Part shown: positions 1-8,137 of the stretch, piece by piece | How the letters are laid out: each line of letters opens with the position of its first letter | How positions within the stretch are numbered: position 1 is the first letter of the stretch | Origin: Candidatus Sericytochromatia bacterium | Lineage (GTDB): Bacteria > Cyanobacteriota > Sericytochromatia > S15B-MN24 > JAQBPE01 | Direction of reading: 5' to 3' | DNA length: 64,000 bases | NCBI GenBank assembly: GCA_040400605.1 | Contig: JBBAPZ010000007.1 | Span: 95,729 to 159,728, forward strand | Made by a program: the position numbers and the translations under genes | Notes under the pieces: generated by a model | What the model was told of the DNA's origin: nothing | Seen by the model: only the letters and a program-made list of their open reading frames with translations | Databases searched by the model: none

Positions 1-121
1 ATCAGGCATCATCGCGTTGTCGGTTAACTCTGGCGTATGTCGTGTTTTTCATTCAGAATAACTGCCACGTTTCAATGCGTAAGCGTGCAATCAGACATTA
101 AACAACCAGTCAGACGCACCC

Positions 122-138
122 ATCAACCATTGGTTGAT
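122..138. promoter_or_regulatory. Palindrome ATCAACCA-T-TGGTTGAT, candidate repressor operator
   Basis: Perfect 8-bp inverted repeat about 55 nt upstream of the amidohydrolase start. Confidence 0.45.
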
Positions 139-192
139 TTGGCATGTTGATGTGTTGCAAGGGTCTACGCCGACAGTGAGGGTACCTTGGTC

Positions 193-1059
193 ATGAAACG
201 TGAGATTCGTTGTGGTTTGATTCAAGCGCGCTCAGACGTATCCGTCGAACAGCCGATCGAGGCGATCAAAAAGCACATGTTAGCAAAGCACGTGGGCTTT
301 ATCGAGGAAGCTGCCGTGCGAGGGGTCAAAATACTCTGCCTGCAAGAGATTTTCACAGGCCCCTATTTCTGTGCAGAACAGAATCCTCGTTGGTACGACA
401 GTGCAGAACCGATCACTGGACCTACTGTGACACTCATGAGAGAAATGGCCGCACGGCTGAAAATGGTGTTGATCGTTCCGTATTATGAGTGTGATCAAGT
501 GGGCGTCTATTACAACACAGCGGCGGTTATCGATGCCGATGGAACCTTGTTGGGTCAATACCGCAAGTCGCACATCCCACAAGTTCAACCTGGATTTTGG
601 GAAAAGTTTTACTTTACGCCAGGGAATCTTGGGTATCCTGTTTTTAAAACACGTTATGCCGATATTGGCGTTTACATCTGTTATGACCGACATTTTCCAG
701 AGGGGGCGCGCATACTGGGACTAAATGGCGCGGAGATTGTTTTCAATCCTTCCGCAACCGTGGCAGGTTTGTCGGAATATCTGTGGAAACTGGAGCAGCC
801 AGCATCAGCCGTTGCGAACGGGTATTTCGTGGGCGCGGTGAATCGGGTGGGCATTGAGTCACCTTGGCGTATCGGTGAGTTTTACGGTCAGAGTTACTTT
901 GTGGATCCGCGTGGACAGTTTGTTGCCATGGCATCACGCGATCAAGAAGAGTTGGTCGTGGCAGACCTCGATCTAAATCTGATCCGCGAAACACGACACG
1001 TGTGGCAGTTTTTTCGTGATCGGCGCCCCGAAACCTATCATCCCCTGACAACCCTGTAG
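193..1059 (+). CDS. Nitrilase-family C-N hydrolase (beta-ureidopropionase / N-carbamoylputrescine amidase-like)
   Basis: Catalytic triad motifs LQEIF, YRKSHIP, ICYDRHFPE; ATG at 193 after GAGGG. Confidence 0.9.
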   Translation: MKREIRCGLIQARSDVSVEQPIEAIKKHMLAKHVGFIEEAAVRGVKILCLQEIFTGPYFCAEQNPRWYDSAEPITGPTVTLMREMAARLKMVLIVPYYECDQVGVYYNTAAVIDADGTLLGQYRKSHIPQVQPGFWEKFYFTPGNLGYPVFKTRYADIGVYICYDRHFPEGARILGLNGAEIVFNPSATVAGLSEYLWKLEQPASAVANGYFVGAVNRVGIESPWRIGEFYGQSYFVDPRGQFVAMASRDQEELVVADLDLNLIRETRHVWQFFRDRRPETYHPLTTL

Positions 1060-1256
1060 CGCCCCGAACAAAATCAAGCTGAACCTCACACCACGCGTTG
1101 TTTCTGAGCAGGGTATGCGCCACGCATCAACAGCCCGCGTCCGCCACGTAATGCGAACAGAGCAGGCTAGGCTATCCAAAACCAGCCAACAATCTGACAT
1201 TCAATCGACGCGAGTCGATGTGGCTTGAAAGCACGAGGGTATGACAATCTGTTGCG

Positions 1257-1766
1257 TCAGGCTTTGTTTTTCGGACGCCTCGGAGGACGTGGAACGAAAT
1301 TTGCGGCAACAGGCTCGTACGTGCGCAGGAAAAAAGACCGTTTAAAAAGGCTCTGTACGGCTTCCATCTGATACACCGGTGGAAGCCTGTAGACACAACA
1401 GATTGGTAGCGAACCAACCACCACGCCTGTTGTCACGCCCAAAATCAGACCGAGTGCCCGATTGAATGTGCCCAGCTTGGCTTTTTCCAAAAGGCCGGTG
1501 GCAACAAAACCAGCGATTTGCACGACCGCGAAGAAGAAGAAAAAAGCAACGATGCGATTGACAACCCCATAAAAGGTGTCCGCCGGCTTGAGTGCATAAG
1601 CCAGCATAAACGATAAGACCGTTGGCATCGCCGCAGACATATGCCACGCGATAAAAATGGCGAACATGCTGACGACACTGCGAATGAAGCCTGCCATAAA
1701 CCCCTTGATGGCGAAACCAACCAACAAGCAGAGCATCAGCGTGTCAACAAAAAGTGGAGAAACCAA
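1257..1766 (-). CDS. cvpA: CvpA family membrane protein
   Basis: KGFMAGFIRSV and FNRALGLILG motifs, about 4 TM helices. Confidence 0.8.
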   Translation of the reverse strand: MVSPLFVDTLMLCLLVGFAIKGFMAGFIRSVVSMFAIFIAWHMSAAMPTVLSFMLAYALKPADTFYGVVNRIVAFFFFFAVVQIAGFVATGLLEKAKLGTFNRALGLILGVTTGVVVGSLPICCVYRLPPVYQMEAVQSLFKRSFFLRTYEPVAANFVPRPPRRPKNKA

Positions 1767-1932
1767 TTCGACATCCTTCCAGAATAAGGGTCACGCCCAT
1801 CGTGGACAGCCATCCCCCTGATTTGTATGATACCAGTGGAAAGGCTTACCTGCCATCCAGCAAGCGCTCCACAAGCTGCGTATGCTCCGTCCTTTCCATA
1901 CCCTCTGTCTTGTCAGAAGGAGGCATCACACC

Positions 1933-2745
1933 ATGGTTGCGGCGCCCGTGTCGGTCGTTGGACAAACCCGCAATCTGCTGCGGAAATGGCCCCAACTCTG
2001 GATTCCTCCCTTGCTCGTCTACTTTGTCCAGAGCCTCGGCGCAGCCGCATATTCGAACGTTGGTATCAAACTGCTCGGTGCCATTTGCGCGACCGCTGCC
2101 TGTGCGTTGCTCAATCTTGGATGGGTCGCTTTGTTGCTTGACACATTGCGTGGAAACCCGCCCCAATTCAAAACCGTGCCGGAGATTGTCAACCAACGCT
2201 GGACCGGTGCTCTGGCAGGGCACTTCGCCTACTATTTGCTGTCAGGCGGACTCATCTTGCTGCTCGGGCTTTACGGCCATTCGCAATGGGGCACGGACGC
2301 GCTCAAAACGTGGTTCGAATCCTGGCGCCAACTACCCCCGACCGAGCTCAGCCGTGCGATCGCTCCTGACAAAATACCACCCGACGTCGCTAACTGGCTG
2401 TCCTTGCTGGGATACTGGCTATGTATCACCGCGGGTCTGACGATTCTGTTGAGCGCCTGGTTACCCTTGATGCTGATCGAGCAAACCAATTGGCTGCGCG
2501 CGTATGTGAACAGCGTGCGCCTGACCCTTCGCCACTTTTTCGCCTTCGCTTTGCTAGCAGCGTTGCACGTCCTTGCCGTTGGGCTAAGCCTTCGATTGCT
2601 AGGTTTGGCCAACGCCTTCGCCACCCTGGCAGGTTTGGCATTTTATTTATATGCGAACACGCTTTTCCAGGCAAGTTATGTACTCTTGACTTTTCAACTT
2701 AGACAAGCATCCTCACCGGACACTGCTGAGGAATCGTCAAAGTAG
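1933..2745 (+). CDS. Hypothetical polytopic membrane protein
   Basis: AGGAGG RBS before ATG 1933; several hydrophobic helices. Confidence 0.75.
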   Translation: MVAAPVSVVGQTRNLLRKWPQLWIPPLLVYFVQSLGAAAYSNVGIKLLGAICATAACALLNLGWVALLLDTLRGNPPQFKTVPEIVNQRWTGALAGHFAYYLLSGGLILLLGLYGHSQWGTDALKTWFESWRQLPPTELSRAIAPDKIPPDVANWLSLLGYWLCITAGLTILLSAWLPLMLIEQTNWLRAYVNSVRLTLRHFFAFALLAALHVLAVGLSLRLLGLANAFATLAGLAFYLYANTLFQASYVLLTFQLRQASSPDTAEESSK

Positions 2746-3288
2746 TCAACAGAGACGCATTGTTTGCCGTTCTAAAGTGTGTAGCAAATACAAAAGTATC
2801 AGGAACACACCTGCTGACAGACAATACCAGCGACTAATCCGTTTAACGCTCAATGCGCTTCCGGATAGTGCCTCCAGCAATTGAGCGGCACCGTGTGTGC
2901 CGGGGCGAAAGCCGGCAACGACAAGGGGGCAGATACCGTGCGAGACACGGTTCCAACAGCAAGGATCTCACCGTTGTCGATCACAATGTCTCAATCAGCA
3001 TGAATGGCCCTTCGCCTGCCCGACACCAACGACCGTGCACGCTGCATGAACCAGGCGTCAGAACGTACAGAACCTGAACCAGACACAAAATTGTATCTGC
3101 ACCAAAGGGCTGCACGACTGCAGTTGGTTTGATTCGAAACAGCGGTGGTTAATGCTTCCGCACTCATACTTAACGCGAAAATTTAATCTATGGATTCGCT
3201 TAAATTAGGCATTGCTTAACGTAAATGAAACAAGCTCCCGTTAATTACCGCGCATAAATGTCATGCTTGTTTCATACTGATAAAGGGG

Positions 3289-4821
3289 ATGCGTCCAATG
3301 CAAACGCTCACCACCACCTCTGTAAACGTGATGCCGCGGGTGACGCCACCCGCGCCGACAACCTACCCTCAAACGCCCGCTCCTGTTATGGCGCCAAATC
3401 AGATGGTGCCCGCGTCGGGGACGCACAGTGGCGGCGGTGTCGTTGCACTGCTTGAGAACTTTTGGAATGGTATTGTCAACTTTTTTCGCGGGTTGTTCAC
3501 CCGTTCGAATCAGACGCAGCCAAACACGAATGCGCCGGTTACCCCCACCGTACCTTCTCCACAGTTGGCTCCAAATTCCGGCAACGTGGATGATGCAGCA
3601 CTCGCACAGCAGTACGGCTTGTTGAATACGCCTGAAAACGTTCGTAACTTCCGGGAAACCGTCAGCCGTCAGAGTTTGGAGATGGGTGCGGTTGGTCCGG
3701 GGAGCACCAACCGTGACGCGGTGAACGAGTTGCAGGATCTCTTGAAACGATGGGGATTCAACATCACTAATACAGGTGAGTTCGATCTGGCTACCGCCAA
3801 TGCTGTGATGCAATGGAAGGTGAGCGTTGGTGTCGTGGAATCATTCGTTTTCGCGAACGGCTCTCCAGGCGTGACGCCCATCATCGATACCCGTACACGT
3901 GCAAAAATGATCGAGGTTTTGACCAGCGCGCAGCAGGCCAACATGCCACAACCGGCGAGCGCCATCATGCCGGGAGTGGCTTCACCGGTCACCATTCCCA
4001 ATCAACCCCAGTTGGTACAACCTTTCGCCCCGTTGCCGGTTTCCACACCGTTTGCACCTGTTCCGCCCGTTACCCCAGTCATCAACCCTGTGGCTCCCAT
4101 CGTGGTTGCTGACCCCTTGCTGACGCCGCCGATGCAGCCCATCGCACCGACCGCCAATCCAGTGGCTCCCGTCATGGTTGCTGACCCCGCGGTGACCGTG
4201 CCAATGCAGCCCATCACACCGACCACCAATCCGGTGGCTCCCATCTTGGTTGCTGACCCCGCGGTGACCGTGCAGATGCAGCCCATCACACCAACCATCA
4301 GCCAAGGGGCTCCCATCTTGGTTGCTGACCCCGCGGTGACCGTGCCGATGCAGCCCATCACACCAACCATCAGCCCAGTGGCACCCGTTGTTGTTCCTGA
4401 CCCGGCACTGGCAACTGGTGCGCAGCCGTCACCAGTCACCGTTGTGACAAACGGTCAGGACGCCGCGGCCATGGATGCAGTCACTCGTTTCGGCCTGCAG
4501 GCCACCGCCGAGAACCTTCAAGCGTTTCAGGCAGCCTGGGGACGGCTGTCCAGTGACCCTGGCGCGATCGGACCGGGCCAAAACGACACACCCGATGCCG
4601 TGGCAGAATTGCAGCAGGTCATGACCTTGCTGGGATATCCCGTGGCTGTTACAGGTGTGTTGGACCCTGCGACGCAGCACGCATTGAGCACGTTCAAAAT
4701 CGCACACAATTTAACCGATGGGTATAATCTGGCGAACGGTTCAGCAGGCGCACTACCTTGGGTGGATCAACGCACCAAAGACATCATGGTACAGCGCCTG
4801 ACTCAGAACACCGGCTCCTGA
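3289..4821 (+). CDS. Pro-rich protein with two peptidoglycan-binding-like domains joined by a tandem-repeat linker
   Basis: Two copies of GPG..DAV.ELQ.....G....TG..D.AT..A; low-complexity P/V/T/A linker. Confidence 0.75.
   Translation: MRPMQTLTTTSVNVMPRVTPPAPTTYPQTPAPVMAPNQMVPASGTHSGGGVVALLENFWNGIVNFFRGLFTRSNQTQPNTNAPVTPTVPSPQLAPNSGNVDDAALAQQYGLLNTPENVRNFRETVSRQSLEMGAVGPGSTNRDAVNELQDLLKRWGFNITNTGEFDLATANAVMQWKVSVGVVESFVFANGSPGVTPIIDTRTRAKMIEVLTSAQQANMPQPASAIMPGVASPVTIPNQPQLVQPFAPLPVSTPFAPVPPVTPVINPVAPIVVADPLLTPPMQPIAPTANPVAPVMVADPAVTVPMQPITPTTNPVAPILVADPAVTVQMQPITPTISQGAPILVADPAVTVPMQPITPTISPVAPVVVPDPALATGAQPSPVTVVTNGQDAAAMDAVTRFGLQATAENLQAFQAAWGRLSSDPGAIGPGQNDTPDAVAELQQVMTLLGYPVAVTGVLDPATQHALSTFKIAHNLTDGYNLANGSAGALPWVDQRTKDIMVQRLTQNTGS
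4087..4410 (+). repeat. 72-bp (24-aa) intragenic tandem repeat, about 4.5 copies
   Basis: Units start at 4087, 4159, 4231, 4303, 4375; consensus PVAPILVADPAVTVPMQPITPTxx. Confidence 0.9.
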
Positions 4822-5549
4822 ATTCCCTGGGCCGCCGAACCATCGACGGCCCGCGCCAGTCGGCCCACCTTACGTCCTCGTGCCCCCATCCGAATCCATT
4901 CGCGTACGTGGTTCGCGCCTGTGCCGACGAAGGCCACCACACTCATCAACGCCAATTGGCCCACCATCACAATGAATAAAGTTTCTCGGACATAGGAACC
5001 CCAAACCTTCCAGGAAACTGGCTGTTCAGCCATCATCAGCATATGCACACCCTCATATGCCAAACCACTCCCATAAACCACAAAGGTACCCCACGCCAGT
5101 CCAAACCAGACAGCGCCGAACTGCGTTCGCCTCGGATAGGTCCCCATCGCCAAGACCGCTAGCCATAATGCCAAAAGATAACCCAGTGTGGGTTTGTGCA
5201 AATAACCGAAACCACCACCGCCAGAAAAGACGCAAACACCACCGATACCAAGCGCCAAATACAACACGACCGCCAAACTCGCCTGCCGTTGGTTCAACAT
5301 CAATACCGTAATCCATAGCGCCACCATCTGCCCCGAAACAATCTGGGACCCGAAAACGAGGCCGCCAACCCCATAAAGCGGTTGCATCGTATGGATATGC
5401 TCAGGCCAACCCCAACCAACAAAGGGCACGCGAATCGCAACAAATGTTCCGATGCAACAAAAGGTCGCGGCGAGCAAGACCAACAAAAATTGGAACATTG
5501 ACGCGCATACGAGCGAGTAAAGCAAACGCACCACGGCAAACTCCCCCAC
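4803..5549 (-). CDS. bioY: BioY family biotin transporter
   Basis: YLALGIGG..VFSGGGGFGYL.KPTLGYL motif; start uncertain. Confidence 0.8.
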   Translation of the reverse strand: MGEFAVVRLLYSLVCASMFQFLLVLLAATFCCIGTFVAIRVPFVGWGWPEHIHTMQPLYGVGGLVFGSQIVSGQMVALWITVLMLNQRQASLAVVLYLALGIGGVCVFSGGGGFGYLHKPTLGYLLALWLAVLAMGTYPRRTQFGAVWFGLAWGTFVVYGSGLAYEGVHMLMMAEQPVSWKVWGSYVRETLFIVMVGQLALMSVVAFVGTGANHVREWIRMGARGRKVGRLARAVDGSAAQGIQEPVF

Positions 5550-5841
5550 GGGTATATCTAATCACACAAATGCCACGCAGGCCAACGCCGACAAACCAGG
5601 CGAACGATACGACAGGTGCCGCCCTGCACGGATAGCCTGCACCGATGCCACCCGCGCAACAGCCAGTTCGACAAAACACCATCGGCTGTCTCCCCTATCC
5701 TTGTTGGTGTACCACAGGGTATACTTTAACGCTTGGCAACCGGCTGTTAAACGTTTGCCGCTACTGTGTCAACTGTGGCAAGAAGTCGCAAGGGGCTTAC
5801 CCCGAGAACACGAACTTGTGAGCGACTCAAGAGGAGGCAAC

Positions 5842-7170
5842 TTGGACTGGCGCAAATTCCTTCTGGGTACGATCATCACGCTTGCGCTCGGCGCCGGATA
5901 TTACGTGCTTGACGGGCGACACGAGTTTAAACGTGGTCTCGACATTCAGGGAGGCATGCACCTGGTCGCCCAGGCGCAGCCGACAGCAACCATTCCCACC
6001 ATCAATGACGCCGTCATGAGCGCAGCGGTGGCGGTCGTTCGGAATCGGGTCGACGGGCTGGGCGTTGCAGAACCACTGATTCAACGAAAAGGCAGCAACC
6101 AGATTATCATCGATATGCCAGGCATCAAAGATAAGGACGAAGCCCTGCGCATCATCGGTAAAACAGCCGTCCTCACATTCCGCGCACACAAGGCTGACTT
6201 TCCCGGGGGCACACCAGCGCCAGTCGACCAACACGGAGCGAGTGTTGGCAGCGCACCCACCGTCGCTGCAGCAGCCAAGCAGGGCGGCGCCAACGATTGG
6301 GTGCTAACCGGTTTGAAAGGCACGCATATTATTGCGGCACGCGTAGAGCCTATCGGAACAAGCTGGGCAGTTGTTGCTGATTTCAATGCTGAAGGCGCCA
6401 AGATTCTTGCCGACACGTCGCGTGTCCTCCTTCAAAAACCGATGGCAATCTTTCTCGATAACGAGTTGGTATCCGATCCAATCGTGCATAGTGAATTGAA
6501 TACGGGCAATGTTCAAATCAGTGGCAATTTCGATGCCAAAAAGGCCAACGAATTGATGGTGGTCCTGAAAGCCGGTTCGCTACCTGTGCCATTGGCGATC
6601 ATCGAGAACCGGTCCGTCGACGCGTCACTCGGAGCAGAATCGGTCCGAGCCAGCGTACAGGCAGGTCTCATCGGCGCAGCGCTCATCGTGTTGTTTATGA
6701 TTGGTTACTATCGGATTCCTGGCGCGATAGCCGGCATCGCTTTGATTATCTATAGTCTCATTGTTCTGGCCATCTTCAAGCTGATTCCCGTCACGCTGAC
6801 CGTACCGGGCATTGCCGGATTCATTCTGAGCATGGGTATGGCTGTTGATGCCAATATTTTGATTTTCGAGCGTACCAAAGAAGAACTTCTCAACGGGCGC
6901 ACCATTTATGCTGCGATCGAAATCGGCTTCAATCGGGCGTTTTCGGCCATTTTCGATTCGAACATCACCACTTTGCTGGCCTGCGGCGTGTTGTTTTATT
7001 TCGGAACGGGACTGGTGAAGGGCTTCGCGTTAACCCTGGCCATTGGTGTCATCATTTCCATGTTCACGGCGATCACCGCATCACGCAACCTGCTGCACTG
7101 GGTACTTGAAGCCAAACAGTTCAAGAGTCCCACGCTATTTGGCGTGCAAGTTCCATCCAAGATTCGTTAG
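5842..7170 (+). CDS. secD: Protein translocase subunit SecD
   Basis: GLDIQGG, RVDGLGVAEP, GMAVDANILIFER; TTG start after GAGGAGG. Confidence 0.95.
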   Translation: MDWRKFLLGTIITLALGAGYYVLDGRHEFKRGLDIQGGMHLVAQAQPTATIPTINDAVMSAAVAVVRNRVDGLGVAEPLIQRKGSNQIIIDMPGIKDKDEALRIIGKTAVLTFRAHKADFPGGTPAPVDQHGASVGSAPTVAAAAKQGGANDWVLTGLKGTHIIAARVEPIGTSWAVVADFNAEGAKILADTSRVLLQKPMAIFLDNELVSDPIVHSELNTGNVQISGNFDAKKANELMVVLKAGSLPVPLAIIENRSVDASLGAESVRASVQAGLIGAALIVLFMIGYYRIPGAIAGIALIIYSLIVLAIFKLIPVTLTVPGIAGFILSMGMAVDANILIFERTKEELLNGRTIYAAIEIGFNRAFSAIFDSNITTLLACGVLFYFGTGLVKGFALTLAIGVIISMFTAITASRNLLHWVLEAKQFKSPTLFGVQVPSKIR

Positions 7171-7188
7171 AAAGCGGAGTCGACCAAA

Positions 7189-8109
7189 ATGGCGATGAAA
7201 TTTGAGGAATCAAAATTCGATTTTATGGCGCACAAAGCGCTATGGTTTGGCATTTCAGGCTTTCTGCTCATACCAGGCATCATCGCAGTGATTTATTCAT
7301 TGATGACCTTCGGAACACCGGTCAAGCTCGGCATCGATTTCACTGGTGGTACCCTGGCGCAACTTAGCTTCAGTAAAAACGTAACTGCACCGCAGATTCG
7401 TGAAATCTTAAAGTCTGAAGGAATCGAAGACGCACAGGTTCAAATAGCGGATGATAAGACTGCGCTCATCCGAACGAAAGACCTTACCCAGAGTCAACGC
7501 GAAACCGTCTTGAAAGGTCTCAGCGCAAAAGCTGGCGAGTTCAAGGCAGAGCGTTTTGAAACAGTCGGCCCTACCATGGGACGTGAGCTGTTGGCCAATT
7601 CTCTGGCCGCAATCGGTTTTACATTGGTCGGTATTGTCGGGTACATTTCCTACCGATACCAATTTGACTTTGCCGTGTGCGCGATCTCAGCGCTCGTGCA
7701 CGACGTGGTCTTCATTTTTGGGGTGTTCGCTGCACTGGGTATCTTCTTAAACGTCGAAGTGGACAGCCTCTTTGTCACCGCAGTCCTAACCGTGGTTGGA
7801 TTTTCAGTGCACGACACCATCGTCATTTACGACCGCATCCGCGAAAACATGCGCCAAGCTGGTAAACGAGACACGTTCGATGATGTGGCGAATCGTAGCA
7901 TCAAGCAAACCCTGGCACGATCCATCAACACGTCACTGACCGTTTGCCTAACCTTGATTGCACTGCTGGTATTCGGCGGCGAAACCATCCGGTGGTTTGT
8001 ATTCGCCATGCTCATTGGCATCGTGGTCGGCACTTACAGTTCGATATTCAATGCCAGTCAAATGTTGTCAGTATGGCGCATGATGGGCGTCAAACGCACC
8101 TCCGCCTAG
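7189..8109 (+). CDS. secF: Protein translocase subunit SecF
   Basis: LGIDFTGG, VGPTMG, GFSVHDTIVIYDRIRE, GTYSSIF. Confidence 0.95.
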   Translation: MAMKFEESKFDFMAHKALWFGISGFLLIPGIIAVIYSLMTFGTPVKLGIDFTGGTLAQLSFSKNVTAPQIREILKSEGIEDAQVQIADDKTALIRTKDLTQSQRETVLKGLSAKAGEFKAERFETVGPTMGRELLANSLAAIGFTLVGIVGYISYRYQFDFAVCAISALVHDVVFIFGVFAALGIFLNVEVDSLFVTAVLTVVGFSVHDTIVIYDRIRENMRQAGKRDTFDDVANRSIKQTLARSINTSLTVCLTLIALLVFGGETIRWFVFAMLIGIVVGTYSSIFNASQMLSVWRMMGVKRTSA

Positions 8110-8137
8110 TCATTCAATCACGAGGGACGTTAAAACC

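Noticed and set aside
4087..4410. Regularly spaced repeats as a CRISPR array
   Set aside because: In-frame coding tandem repeats without unique spacers; no cas genes
5701..5841. N-terminal ORF-track extensions of secD (likewise 11096-11311, rplA, rplL, secE, gdh)
   Set aside because: Better RBS/start pairs lie downstream; the extensions are probably not translated
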